The notes below the pieces were generated by a model, which was not told the origin of the DNA, did no database searches, and worked only from the letters and a program-made list of their open reading frames with translations. Source: Vibrio vulnificus CMCP6 (lineage in GTDB: Bacteria; Pseudomonadota; Gammaproteobacteria; Enterobacterales; Vibrionaceae). From it: DNA of 32,000 nucleotides. Positions 19,538 through 31,628 of this stretch are shown in pieces (the stretch's first letter is position 1; every line of letters starts with the position of its first letter). Made by a program: the position numbers and the translations under genes. The stretch covers positions 570,001 to 602,000 of the forward strand of contig NC_004459.3 in the NCBI RefSeq assembly GCF_000039765.1. The letters are read 5' to 3'.

Positions 19538-20305
19538 TTATTCTGACTCTTGCTCAGGGAACCAGCCAACAGCGGCTCCCGTGTCATACCTGAGGTCAAC
19601 ATAGCTGACCTTATCAGCTTTGCTGCCTAATTGGCGATAGAGCGAAAAAAACCTCGCTACTCGCTCATCCAAAGACTCTTTGCCTAGTTCAAGGCGAATA
19701 CCATTATCTAGGATGATTTGCCAAGCGCGTCGGTCATTTAATACTAATGAAGAAATCGATAAGCCTAACTTACTAAACTCAGGATTCATTTCTCGATACT
19801 TTTTCAGTACCTCAACCCCAGTCGCAACTGGCCCGTAAAGTTTGACTCTCTCTTCATTCAGTTGCGCGACGTCACCATCAAAGACCATTCCATCTTGATT
19901 GAGTAATGCGTTGCCATTCCAAATCGCGGCGGCACGGTGCTCTGTGATAAACACTTTCACCGTATCTGGCCATTGCTTGCGAATGGATGCATGCGCGACC
20001 CAAGGCAAGGCTTCCACGCTTTCTTGCAACACCGAAACGTCTTGCGACATAAAGGTGCCGATATGAGTAATACTGCCAAAGGCATGCTGTACATCATCGG
20101 CTGTGACGTACTGCAAATCCCCTTGCAGAATTATCTTTGATAAAGGCAGGCGTTGGTCATCCCACATCCAACTCAAGGTTGAATATAAAATTGAGCCGAT
20201 TAAAGCGACAACCAATACGAAAAATGCAGCGCCAATTATTTGGTGCTTTTGTCTCTTCCAGTGCGAGGGAAGTACATCAGCTTCATCAACTGCTATTTCT
20301 GTCAA
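19538..20305 (-). CDS. ftsQ: Cell division protein FtsQ
   Basis: 255 aa with a single TM segment (IIGAAFFVLVVALIGSILY) followed by a POTRA-like region. The only plausible start is TTG 20305, with AGGAAG 7 nt upstream. Confidence 0.9.
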   Translation of the reverse strand: MTEIAVDEADVLPSHWKRQKHQIIGAAFFVLVVALIGSILYSTLSWMWDDQRLPLSKIILQGDLQYVTADDVQHAFGSITHIGTFMSQDVSVLQESVEALPWVAHASIRKQWPDTVKVFITEHRAAAIWNGNALLNQDGMVFDGDVAQLNEERVKLYGPVATGVEVLKKYREMNPEFSKLGLSISSLVLNDRRAWQIILDNGIRLELGKESLDERVARFFSLYRQLGSKADKVSYVDLRYDTGAAVGWFPEQESE

Positions 20306-20386
20306 AGTTAACGCTTCCTGACTTTGTTCAAATACTCTTTATTCAGCGGATATTCGCGAGCGAAAAGTAATGACTTTAACTTCGGG

Positions 20387-20414
20387 ATTATACTGAGCTC
20401 TTGTAAACTATCAA
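20387..20414 (-). promoter_or_regulatory. Near-consensus sigma70 promoter upstream of ftsQ
   Basis: Minus strand: TTGATA (20414-20409), a 16-nt spacer, then TATAAT (20392-20387). The predicted leader to the ftsQ TTG is about 75 nt. Confidence 0.55.
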
Positions 20415-20424
20415 ACATTGATAG
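20408..20424. promoter_or_regulatory. Perfect 7-3-7 palindrome CTATCAA-aca-TTGATAG overlapping the -35 of the ftsQ promoter (candidate operator)
   Basis: Read directly from the sequence. One half-site is the -35 hexamer itself. Confidence 0.4.
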
Positions 20425-20496
20425 AGAGAAATCGCAACGAAGTTATCGCAAATACGAGATCTGCGTTACTAACTGCTTAATATCCGCCACAAATGG

Positions 20497-21957
20497 CTAT
20501 TTTGCTTTCATATTACTGATATTTAGCTCAAGTGCTGCCAATTGTCGGGCGACTTTACCAATATCCCCCGCACCTTGTGCTAATAACAGATCGCCTTCTT
20601 GTAAAATGTTCGCCAATACCTCTGGCAGTTGTTGGGTATCTGCAACAAAAATAGGGTCGATTTTTCCACGACTGCGAATCGTGCGGCACAATGAACGACT
20701 GTCCGCTCCAGCAATCGCTTTTTCACCCGCCGCGTACACATCTAACATGACCAACACATCAACCTGCTCAAGCACGTTCGCGAAATCATCGTAGAGATCT
20801 CGGGTACGGCTGTAACGGTGGGGTTGGAAAATCATCACGAGACGCTTCTCTTGCCAACCGTTTCGTGCAGCTTGGATGGTCACATCCACTTCGGTTGGGT
20901 GATGACCATAGTCATCAACCAGCATTACGTTTCCGTTGCCTGTTTCAAACTCACCCAGATGCTCGAAGCGGCGACCAGTACCTTGGGTACCAACCATGGC
21001 AGCAAGGATCGCGTCATCGCCAATTTCATCTTCCGTTGCAACAGCAATGGCCGCAGCGGCATTCAATGCATTGTGGCGGCCAGGAATATTCAGGGTAATA
21101 TCCAGCGCTTCGCAATCTTTGCGGACCACGGTGAATTTTCCTTGCTGGCCTTCTTGACGGTAATTTTCAATGCGAACATCGGCATCTTCCGAGAAGCCGT
21201 AAGTAATGACTTGACGACTGATGCGCGGGATCAGCTCGCGAATCACCGGATCATCAATACAAACAATCGCCTGACCATAAAATGGCAAATTGTGTAAGAA
21301 GTCGATGAAGGTTTGCTTCAGTGTTTCGAAGTCACCGCCATAGGTATCCATATGGTCAGCTTCAATGTTTGTGACAATACACACCATCGGTTGCAAATGT
21401 AAGAACGACGCATCACTTTCATCGGCTTCAGCAATCAAAATGCGGCTAGAACCTAAACGCGCATTGGTACCTGCACTTTTTACCAGACCACCATTCACGA
21501 ACGTTGGATCCAGTCCCGCTTCTGAATAAATTTGCGTCACCAATGCTGTCGTGGTGGTTTTACCATGCGTACCAGCGACGGCGATACCATGACGAAAACG
21601 CATCAGTTCCGCCAGCATTTCTGCACGGCGAACAACCGGAATGCGAGCTTCACGCGCCGCTTTAACTTCTGGGTTCGCTTCATTGATCGCTGTTGAGACA
21701 ACAACAACACTCGCCTCTGCAACATTCGTCGCTTGGTGGCCGATATACACTTTCGCGCCTTTTTGAGCCAAGCGCTCAGTAACGGCATTTTCCGCAATAT
21801 CAGAGCCGGTGATTTGATACCCTTCATTGAGCAACACTTCGGCAATGCCGCTCATACCTGCGCCACCAATACCAATGAAGTGGATGGATTTCACTCGGCG
21901 CATCTCTGGAACCATAGCGCGAATCTGTGCAAGATCTTGCTTGTGTTGAATAGTCAT
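20497..21957 (-). CDS. murC: UDP-N-acetylmuramate--L-alanine ligase
   Basis: 486 aa with [14 protein letters not shown] and GTHGKTTTT motifs. Confidence 0.97.
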   Translation of the reverse strand: MTIQHKQDLAQIRAMVPEMRRVKSIHFIGIGGAGMSGIAEVLLNEGYQITGSDIAENAVTERLAQKGAKVYIGHQATNVAEASVVVVSTAINEANPEVKAAREARIPVVRRAEMLAELMRFRHGIAVAGTHGKTTTTALVTQIYSEAGLDPTFVNGGLVKSAGTNARLGSSRILIAEADESDASFLHLQPMVCIVTNIEADHMDTYGGDFETLKQTFIDFLHNLPFYGQAIVCIDDPVIRELIPRISRQVITYGFSEDADVRIENYRQEGQQGKFTVVRKDCEALDITLNIPGRHNALNAAAAIAVATEDEIGDDAILAAMVGTQGTGRRFEHLGEFETGNGNVMLVDDYGHHPTEVDVTIQAARNGWQEKRLVMIFQPHRYSRTRDLYDDFANVLEQVDVLVMLDVYAAGEKAIAGADSRSLCRTIRSRGKIDPIFVADTQQLPEVLANILQEGDLLLAQGAGDIGKVARQLAALELNISNMKAK

Positions 21958-21970
21958 TAACCTGTTCTCT

Positions 21971-23038
21971 TTATTTCTGTTCAGTTAGGGCGACAATCGC
22001 ATCCGCCACAACTTGGTCGGCATTATTTTGTGCTGCAGCTCGGGCGTGAAGCGCCATTGAGAGCAATGTATCTCGACCTAATTTTTGAATTTCTCCCGCG
22101 AGCTTATCCACCGTCAGTTGTGGCTGCTCAATCATCAGTGCGGCTCCGCACGCCACGAGATGATCTGCATTCAACGCTTGTTGACGATCTTTGTGCATAA
22201 ATGGGATAAAAATGGCCCCTACGCCAGCGGCAGAGACTTCCGATACGGTCAGAGCTCCAGAGCGACACACCAATAGGTCGGCCCAAGCGTATTGCGCAGC
22301 AACGTCATCAATGAACTCGCTCACCTCAACGTGCTCAACGCCCGCTTGTTGGTAGGCTAGACGCACTTCATCCGCACTGCCTTTACCCGCTTGATGGCGA
22401 ATCTCAAAACCAGACCCGAGTTGCGCCATCACTTGTGGCATGGTTTGATTGAGGATTCTGGCACCTTGGCTGCCACCCATCACTAAAATGCGTATTGCAC
22501 CTTCTCTGTCCTGCATTCTCTGCATGGGATCAGGAAGGGCAACGACATCTTCACGTACTGGATTACCTACGACTGGTGCATCTTTAAATGCCCCCGGGAA
22601 GGCTTGAAATACCTTTTTGGCGATTTTCGCTAGCCAGTGATTGGTTAACCCTGCCACCGCATTTTGCTCATGCAGGACCACTGGAATGCCAGATAGCCAA
22701 GCGGCAATACCACCAGGACCACTTACGTAGCCGCCCATCCCTAACACGGCATCCGGCTGCCAACGCTTAATGTGTGCCTTCGCTTGAAAAATAGCATTGA
22801 GGATTTGAAAAGGCGCCAAAACAAGGCGTTTGATGCCTTGGCCACGCAAACCTTTGACTTTAATGAAATCGATATCGATACCGTGCTTTGGCACCAACTC
22901 GGCTTCCATACGATCCGCGGTTCCGAGCCAACGGATTTCCCAGCCTTGTTGCTGTAATTTTTTCGCCACCGCCAAGCCAGGAAAAACGTGTCCACCTGTG
23001 CCTCCTGCCATGACCATTAATCTTTTATTCTTTTTCAT
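21971..23038 (-). CDS. murG: Undecaprenyldiphospho-muramoylpentapeptide beta-N-acetylglucosaminyltransferase
   Basis: The ORF-track start at 23092 is a TTG inside ftsW. ATG 23038 ([25 protein letters not shown]) gives 355 aa as in E. coli and overlaps the ftsW 3' end by 14 nt. Confidence 0.95.
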
Positions 23039-24218
23039 CTGTCTGTAAGTCTGTTTTATTGCCCATCGAGATAAGTCGGCATTCATGATCAATTCTCAGA
23101 AGAATCGATACAGCGATGGACATAATAATTAAACTCGAACCACCATAGCTGATCAGTGGTAACGTAAGACCTTTGGTAGGGACCATCCCCGCTGCTGCCC
23201 CTACATTAACTAGGGTTTGAAAAGCGAACCAGATACCAATACCAAAAGCGAGATATCCACCAAATTGCAATTGATGTTCAAACGCCTTTTTACCGATAAA
23301 CACCGCTTTGATCACTAGGCTAAAAATGAGTGCTAAGATCAGTACCACACCAATGAAACCAAGCTCTTCTGCCATAACGGCAAACACGAAGTCGGTGTGA
23401 GCTTCCGGCAAATACTCTAATTTTTGAATCGAGTTACCCAAACCTTGGCCAAACCATTCACCGCGACCAAACGCCATTAATGATTGAGTCAACTGATAGC
23501 CGCTACCAAATGGGTCTTCCCAAGGATCTAAGAAAGACGTCACACGTCTTACACGATACGGTTCGATGAGAATCAATCCTACAACCGCGGTAATCCCAGC
23601 AACCATCAACGCCAGAAACTGGCTCAATTTGGCTCCAGCGATAAAAAGCATGCCAAACAAGGTGACCAGCATAACAACAACCGTCCCCAAGTCGGGTTGC
23701 CCAAGTAGCAATAGCGCTAACGCGCCAAAAACCATAATGGGTTTCATGAAGCCACCAAAAAAGGTCGCTCTTACTTCATCCTGTTTACGAACCAAATAAC
23801 CGGACATGAAGATAAACAGTGCAAGCTTGGCCACTTCCGCTGGCTGTAGGTTAAAAAGCCCTAGAGGGATCCAGCGTGACGCGCCATTCACCGATTTACC
23901 CGCAATTAAAACCACGACCAGCAACGCAAATGCGATACCCAACAAATAGTGGCTATGGCTTTGCCATTTCTGTAGTGGGATTTGCAACACTACTGCGGAG
24001 GTGCCCAACGCCAAGCACAAAAAAGTGGCATGGCGGAACATAAAGTGAAAAGGCTGATCCGTCAGACGAGAGCTGATAGGAAAGGACGCCGATGTCACCA
24101 TCACCAGCCCCGTCAGCATTAAACACAATGCAATCCAAACCAACTGCCGATCAAACAAGGCGTCTGGTGGTGAGTGGCGAAACCAGCCGAACAAATTGTT
24201 TTTGATATTACCTACCAT
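23025..24218 (-). CDS. ftsW: Cell division peptidoglycan polymerase FtsW (SEDS family)
   Basis: Polytopic SEDS protein, collinear with E. coli FtsW ([44 protein letters not shown]). Candidate starts are TTG 24224, GTG 24221 and ATG 24218; I list the ATG. Confidence 0.93.
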
Positions 24219-24262
24219 CACCAAACATCGTGCCTTGTTAAAAATACGCGTTAGAGGTTGCG

Positions 24263-25591
24263 CTATGCATACTGGCGAGCCAATTCGGCGAATCGATCGC
24301 CTCGCGCCATAAAATTACTGAATTGGTCAAAACTAGCACATGCAGGGGAAAGCATCACCATATCTCCAGATTGTAATTGTGGAGATATATGTTCAATCAC
24401 ATCTTCCATCCGCTCAAAACGCGTGGCCGATGCGTGCAATGGCATAAATTGATCACCATCAGCACCAAAACAACATAGTTGGAGGTTTAGCTGCGCCAAA
24501 ATCGGCTTCAATGGTGAAAAGTCAGCCCCTTTGCCATCTCCACCCACCAGCAGGTAGAGTTTGCCAGCACAGTTAAGCCCCGATAAGGCAGCCTGTGTAC
24601 TAGCAAGATTTGTCGCTTTTGAATCATTGACCCACTTGATGCCACGATTATCTGCGACAACCTGACATCGGTGTGTCAAACCGGTGTAAGACTTCAAAGC
24701 GCTCAAGCCTTTACGGTAATCAATACCAGCGCACGTCAGCAGCGCCAAAACAACCAATACGTTTGCCACGTTGTGCTGACCGACTAATTTGAGTTCTCGG
24801 CTTGCCAAAATAGGTTGCTGGTTATATGACAACCAAGATTCCCCCTGATGACTTATGACACCAAACTCTTTGTCATCGGAGCCAAAAGTCACCAAAGCAA
24901 GTGATTGCTGGCCATGGGAAGTTTCAGGATAAGTCTGACGATCATCGCGATTCACGACTCCATGTTTTGCGTGCTGAAAGATGCGCAGTTTAGCTTGGCG
25001 ATAGTCATCCATGCCTTGGTAGCGATCCATGTGATCTTCAGAAAGATTCAGAAATGCCGCTGCAACCAAGTGGAGGCTGGAAGTCGTCTCTAATTGAAAA
25101 CTCGAGAGTTCAAGTACATAAAGCTCAACCTCTTGCTCCAACAAATCGAGTGCAGGAACACCAATGTTACCGCCAATTGCGCATTTCACCCCACAGGCGT
25201 TAGCCATGACTCCGGTTAAATCCGTGACGGTGCTTTTGCCATTTGAGCCAGTAATCGCGATGACGGGTTTATCTGCCGCCCAAGCGAACAACTCAATATC
25301 ACCCACCACAGCAACGCCGCGTGCTAACACCGTTTGAATTTGAGGCGTCGCTAAGGCAATACCTGGGTTTGTGACGACCAAATCGGCCTCAGCTAACCAA
25401 GCGTCATTCCAACTGCCGACATGCAGCGCAATGTCTGGAGGCAATTGTTCCACACCTGGAGGGGTTGGACGCGTATCAATCACTTTCACTTGCAACTGCG
25501 GCTGTGTTTTTCGCAAATGTCTAACGACGGAGAGCCCAGTAATACCGAGCCCTACCACGACAACCTGTTTGATGTCTTGCCAACGATCCAT
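24263..25591 (-). CDS. murD: UDP-N-acetylmuramoylalanine--D-glutamate ligase
   Basis: 442 aa with VVGLGITG and [10 protein letters not shown] motifs. Confidence 0.97.
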
Positions 25592-25624
25592 ATTTCATTA
25601 CACCGTAAAAAGAGTGTCCGTCGA

Positions 25625-26707
25625 TTAACGCACTTTCAGTGTCGCTAGACCGATCAGAACCAACACCATAGAAATAATCCAGAAACGCACAATAACACGT
25701 GGCTCAGGCCAACCTTTCAACTCGTAGTGGTGGTGAATGGGTGCCATGCGGAAAATACGTTGGCCGCGCAACTTGTATGAACCGACCTGCAAAATCACTG
25801 ACAAGGTTTCCATGACAAAGACGCCACCCATGATGACCAAAACCAACTCTTGGCGTACAAGTACGGCAATCGTCCCCAATGCGCCACCCAGCGCGAGAGA
25901 ACCGACATCGCCCATAAAGACTTGTGCTGGGTAAGTGTTAAACCATAAGAAGCCCAAACCGGCACCAACGATGGCAGTACATACCACCACCAGTTCAGAG
26001 GCGTGGGGTAGATACGGGATGTGAAGATACTGAGAAAAATTGACGTTGCCAGTTGCCCAAGCAATCACGGCAAACCCTGCTGCCACCAAAACCGTTGGCA
26101 TGATCGCCAAACCGTCCAAACCGTCGGTTAGGTTCACCGCATTACTGGTACCGACAATCACAAAATAGGTCAGTACGATATACATCAGACCAAGTTGTGG
26201 CATAACGTCTTTAAAGAAAGGCACAACCAACTGAGTCGCGGCAGTATCCTTGCCATATGCGTATAGAGCAAAAGCCACAATCAACGCAATGGCTGACTGC
26301 CAAAAGTACTTCCAACGTGCGATCAAACCATCGGTATTCTTACGCACCACTTTGCGATAATCATCAACAAACCCGACCGCACCATAGCCCATCAAGACGG
26401 CCAGTACTGCCCAAACGTAAGGGTTGGATAAATTGGCCCACAGCAAAATGGTAATGGAAATAGCCGCGAGGATCATGACACCACCCATGGTTGGCGTGCC
26501 ACGTTTACTAAAATGAGACTCCGGGCCTTCGTTACGCACCACTTGACCAATTTGCAGCAACTGTAAGCGCTTAATGAGGCGAGGCCCCATCCAAAGCGAT
26601 AGCCCCAACGCGGTTAGAACACTTAAGATCGCGCGAAACGACAGGTATTCAAACAGTCGGAAAAAGGAAAAGTATGGCTGTAGCAGCTCGGCAAGCCAAA
26701 TAATCAT
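25625..26707 (-). CDS. mraY: Phospho-N-acetylmuramoyl-pentapeptide transferase
   Basis: 360 aa, polytopic, with [13 protein letters not shown] and HHHYE motifs. The start overlaps the murF stop (ATGA). Confidence 0.97.
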   Translation of the reverse strand: MIIWLAELLQPYFSFFRLFEYLSFRAILSVLTALGLSLWMGPRLIKRLQLLQIGQVVRNEGPESHFSKRGTPTMGGVMILAAISITILLWANLSNPYVWAVLAVLMGYGAVGFVDDYRKVVRKNTDGLIARWKYFWQSAIALIVAFALYAYGKDTAATQLVVPFFKDVMPQLGLMYIVLTYFVIVGTSNAVNLTDGLDGLAIMPTVLVAAGFAVIAWATGNVNFSQYLHIPYLPHASELVVVCTAIVGAGLGFLWFNTYPAQVFMGDVGSLALGGALGTIAVLVRQELVLVIMGGVFVMETLSVILQVGSYKLRGQRIFRMAPIHHHYELKGWPEPRVIVRFWIISMVLVLIGLATLKVR

Positions 26708-28065
26708 CGATAGTTCTCCTTCAAAGCAGCAGCCACTTTACTCATGCCAGCTGAGTTTGCGCCTTTGACCAACACGGTGTGACAGGCTTCATTTTCGTTG
26801 GCCAAATTCTGCTTGATGTATTCGATCAGTTCACCATGGTCTGAAAAATGTTTTCCACCACACAACTGGCTAATGATCCTTGTATCCTCGCCATAGGTAA
26901 GGACGTGTTCAAAATTTAATGGGGCAGCATGTTCACCGACTTGACGATGAAGTGCAAGACTTTCATTGCCCAATTCCGCCATATAACCTAAAACTAACCA
27001 ACGCTGTCCGGTAAAACTACCTAATAGGTCCACCGCCGCCTTCATAGCTGGCACACTGGCATTATAACTGTCATCAATCAGTTTGATGTTGTCGGATAAC
27101 TGTTGAACATCAACACGCCCTTTGACAGGCATCAAATTGAGCAATCCCGATTGGATTTGCGCTAAGCTGGCACCAAACTGCAAAGCAATGATGCTAGCGG
27201 CAATCGCATTGGCGACGTTATGTTGGCCAATGATACCAAGAGAAAGTGGAATGCGTTCTTCAGGCGTATGCAATACGAATGACGCTTTCCCTTGCGTATC
27301 CAGTACGATGTCTGTTGCGTAGAAATCGGCCTGCTCGGAGCTTGCCGAAAACGTCGTGACCTGTTTATCGGCCAGTACCTGTGTCCAGTACTCACCTCCA
27401 TGACTGTCTAGATTGACGATGGCCACGCCACCAGCAGACAAACCTTGGTAGATCTCCCCTTTCGCTTGTTTCACGCCATCAATCGAGCCAAACCCTTCAA
27501 GATGCGCCGCAGCCACGTTGTTCACCAACGCCACATCGGGCCGAACAAGCTGGGTGGTATAGGCAATTTCACCAATATGATTGGCGCCCAGTTCAATCAC
27601 CGCAAAATCATCTTCTGGCTCAGAGCGTAGCAACGTCAGAGGCGCGCCAATGTCATTGTTAAAATTACCTGCCGTGAACAGCACTTTGCCTTTTTGCTGC
27701 AGAATACTGGCCACCATCTCTTTCACCGTGGTTTTGCCGCAACTGCCCGTGATCGCCACGGTTGGAGTTTGGCAGCGCTGATGCACATTCGCTCCGAGCT
27801 GACCGAGTGCAATTTTCGTATCTTTGACCACTACTTGTGCAACGGGAAGATCCAGCGCTCGCTCCACCAACAATGCAATAGCACCTGCGTCCACCGCTTG
27901 CTGGCAAAAATCATGCGCATCAAAACGTTCACCGACGAGCGCAATAAATAACGCTTGCTGAGGGATATGACGCGTATCCGTTGAAACGGTACAAAAGATG
28001 GCGTCATCGCCAATCAGTTGTCCTTGCGTCAATTGCGCCAAATGACTCAGAGAGGTCTCAATCAT
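26704..28065 (-). CDS. murF: UDP-N-acetylmuramoyl-tripeptide--D-alanyl-D-alanine ligase
   Basis: 453 aa with the [12 protein letters not shown] motif. The start overlaps the murE stop (ATGA). Confidence 0.97.
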
Positions 28066-29543
28066 GATGAAATTCCTAGCAGTTGCTGCGCCGATTCACG
28101 ATCCGAGTAGTGAACCGTCTGGTGCTTGAGTACTTGATAATCTTCGTGGCCTTTGCCTGCCAACAAAATGATGTCATCCGCTTGTGCATTGTCGAGCGCG
28201 TATTGAAGCGCACTGAAGCGATCGTGCTCAACCACCGCACTGTCCGCACGGGTTAAGCCCGCCAGCATATCTTGCACAATCATGGTGGGGTCTTCACTGC
28301 GTGGGTTGTCGTCGGTAAGCACGACGTGATCGGCCAGACGCTCTGCAATCTCAGCCATCATTGGTCGCTTGCCTTTATCGCGATCACCACCACAGCCGAA
28401 AATCGCCCACAAATGACCGGTACAGTGAACACGCAGTGCTTGCAGCGCTTTCTCCAGCGCATCTGGGGTATGTGCATAATCGACCACCACTTTTGCTTTG
28501 CTGTTCACTTGAAACAGTTCCATACGTCCAAGTACTGGACGCAGGCTTGCGGCCGAATCCAATAAAGCTTGCTTATCAACGCCTAAGGCTAACAGTGTTG
28601 CCAACGCGAGCAGTAAGTTGGTGGCATTAAATTCACCAATCAATGGCGCGTGCAGACGCCCTTGGCCAAAACAGCCATCAAACTCAATCGTAATACCGCT
28701 TTCTGCGTAAGCTACCGAGCTGGCCCACAGTGCTTTTACACTTGCATCTTGTGGAAACAATGAAACGCCGACCCCTTGTTGCAGCTCTTGAAACCACTGC
28801 GCACCGACTTCGTCATCCAAATTGATGATTGCATGCTGGCACTGGTGCTCAGTAAACAGCGTCATTTTGGCTTTGGCATAGGCTTCCATCGTGCCGTGAT
28901 AATCCAAATGATCACGACTCAGATTGGTAAACACGCCAGCTGCAAACTGTAGCGCCTTAACGCGCCCCTGCACTAAGCCATGAGAAGAGACTTCCAACGC
29001 AGTTGCTTTTGCCCCTTGCTGCTGTAAGTCTGCCAACGTTTTTTGAATCTCAACCGCATTGCCCGTGGTATTGGCCGCAGGCTGTAAGGCATTGAGAAAA
29101 CCGTTGCCCGTCGTCCCCATCACCGCGGCTTTTTGCCCGGCTAACTCTAGCCATTGCGCAATCAATTGAGTGATGGTGGTTTTGCCATTGGTTCCTGTCA
29201 CACCAATTAATGACATCTCAGGATGTTGGTACAGGCGTCCCGCTAATTGCGACAGTTTTTCGTCCAGCTTCTCAAGATAGACAATCACCACGTTTTGCTG
29301 ATAGCGCACCAAGCCGGAAGGGTATTGCTGACAAGATTGAGCAATGACGGCATTTGCGCCCTGTTCTATTGCTTTCTCAATATACTGGCGGCCATCCACC
29401 ACGTGACCAACGATAGCGACAAAAGTATCGCCTTGTTTCACCTGACGACTGTCTAACTCCAGCGATTGGACGGTAATGTCCGCAAGCTCAGGACAATCTA
29501 GCCACGGCGCTAATAAATTTGTCAGATTCATGGTATTTCGCAT
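28062..29543 (-). CDS. murE: UDP-N-acetylmuramoyl-L-alanyl-D-glutamate--2,6-diaminopimelate ligase
   Basis: The ORF-track start at 29609 lies inside ftsI. ATG 29543 ([14 protein letters not shown]...) has GGAG 6 nt upstream and gives 493 aa. Alternative starts are ATG 29570 and 29531. Motifs VTGTNGKTT and [11 protein letters not shown] are present. Confidence 0.93.
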
Positions 29544-29574
29544 TTTGTTCTCCGAGCCACGCTCAGCCATAAAA

Positions 29575-31305
29575 CTAGTTCTGGAATGCATTTTCATCGG
29601 GTGCCACATTCAAAATTTGCAGCGCACCTTTCATAATTTCTGAAAAAACAGGGGAAGCAACGGAACCACCATAGTAATCATCCCCTTGTGGTTCATTGAC
29701 CACCACGACCAAAGCAATTCTCGGATCGCTAACTGGCGCAATCCCCGCCGTGTAGGTGATGTACTCATCGCTATACCCACCAGCCGTTGCTTTACGTGAT
29801 GTCCCCGTTTTCGCCCCAACCCGGTAACCCGGAACGGCCGCTCGTCTGGCTGAGCCGCCTTTTTGCGTCACGGTTTCAAGCATATTGAGCACTTCACGAG
29901 CGTGTTGTTTGGACACCACTTGCTTCGCCATATCACGGTCGTTGCTTTTGATGATGTGGATCGGCTCGTACATACCTTCATTGCCCAAGGTTGCGTAGGC
30001 ATGAGCCAATTGAATCGGAGTGATAGACAGACCGTACCCAAACGACAGCGTCGCTCTCTCAATCGGAGACCAACGCGAACGAGTAGGGAAAATACCGGTC
30101 ACTTCGCCAACAAGATTTAACCCAGAAGGCTCTCCAAGCCCAACCGAGTTATACATGCCGAGAATCGCTTCCACGGGCATTTCCATCGACAGTTTTGTCA
30201 CGCCGATATTACTGGATTTTTTGAGGATTTCGGTCAGGTCCGCTTTACCGACCTTACTCGTATCTCGTACTCGACTGCCACCGACTTGGAGAATGCCGTT
30301 GCCCGTGTCGATCACCGTGTCTTTGGTGGCAACGCCGTTTTCCAGCGCGGCAAGAATCACAAAAGGCTTCACCGTGGAGCCAGGCTCCAACGAATCGGTG
30401 ATGATGCGGTTACGCATCTTGTAGCTTTGCCAATCACTGCGATTGTTTGGGTTGTAAGAAGGCGCGTTGACCATCGCCAACACGGCGCCGGTTTTTACAT
30501 CCAACATCACTGCCGAACCAGAAGTCGCACGGTGATCGGCCACCGCCTGTTTGATGGCGCGATAAGCAATGGCTTGGAGACGCTGATCAATGGTGAGTTC
30601 AAGTGACTTGCCTTCTTGCCTGTCTTCATAGGCAATGTTTTCCACCACTCGGCCATAACGGTCTTTACGAATCGTCTGTTTACCCGCTTCACCAGTCAAC
30701 CAGTTATCGTAACTGCGTTCCACCCCTTCAAGGCCGTGACCATCGATACCCGTTACACCCACTAAATGAGCACTCACTTCACCAGCGGGATAATAGCGGC
30801 GCGATTCTGATTTCAGCCCCACGCCTGGAATTTTAAGCTCGCGTATGTAGTTCGCCATCGCGGGGCTCACTTGGCGCTGCAAGTAGATGAAGCGGCGGCT
30901 TTCATTGCGCTCGATACGTTCAATCAATTCTTCACGCTGCAGCCCCAACACATCGGCTAACGCATACCAACGCTGTTTGTTATCCAGCGCCTTTTCTTTG
31001 AAAATCGTCACCGGATCGGCCCAGACAGCTTCAACGGGAACACTGACCGCTAAAGGTTCACCATTGCGATCGGAGATGATACCTCGCGCGGACGGAAGGG
31101 CTTTCACACGGATAGAACGCAGATCCCCTTCACGAATAAGGTTGTCAGGCTCAATGACTTGAATAAATGCAAGACGAACAACAAGCGCAGCAAACGCGAG
31201 GAAAACAAATCCTAGGACTAAATGGAAACGCCAGCGGATAAGCAAAGATGTCCCTTGCTCACTCTCTTTGGGTTTGACGGTGGTTTTGCTCTTTTTACCC
31301 ATCAT
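29575..31305 (-). CDS. ftsI: Peptidoglycan D,D-transpeptidase FtsI (PBP3)
   Basis: 576 aa with an N-terminal TM anchor and the motifs STVK, SSN and KTGT. The start overlaps the ftsL stop (ATGA). Confidence 0.97.
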
Positions 31306-31619
31306 TTCAGATTAATCACCACTTCTTTGTCGCCATCTGGCCGTTTCATTTCGAGCTCTTTTTTCGCCATCTCTTGCACGCGACTGTGCTCAGCCAGTGC
31401 GGTCTCTTCCAACATCAGATTGCGCCACTCGTTATCCAAATGCTCACGCTCTTGCAGTGCTTCATCTTTTTGGGTGATCGCTTGACGGGTATGGTGGGTG
31501 GCAAAAACCACCGCCATCGCTGAGGCAAAGATCAGGACAAGCAAGATCAAAGGCGTTCGACCTACCGTCAGTAGGTCGAAGAAAATTTCTTTGGCGAGAT
31601 TTGGCTTGGCTTGACGCAT
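31302..31619 (-). CDS. ftsL: Cell division protein FtsL
   Basis: 105 aa with a single TM segment (LILLVLIFASAMAVVFA) followed by a coiled-coil/leucine-zipper-like segment. Its position between rsmH and ftsI supports the call. Confidence 0.9.
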   Translation of the reverse strand: MRQAKPNLAKEIFFDLLTVGRTPLILLVLIFASAMAVVFATHHTRQAITQKDEALQEREHLDNEWRNLMLEETALAEHSRVQEMAKKELEMKRPDGDKEVVINLK

Positions 31620-31628
31620 AGGTTTAAA

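Noticed and set aside
20408-20424. Reading the CTATCAA-aca-TTGATAG palindrome as a LuxR/HapR/SmcR (TetR-type quorum-sensing regulator) site because it contains TTGATA and TATCAA.
   Set aside because: In the consensus I recall (TATTGATAAA-TTTATCAATA) the half-sites face the opposite way and span about 20-22 bp. Here the arms are swapped and the site is 17 bp. The palindrome is real, but this regulator assignment is unsupported.
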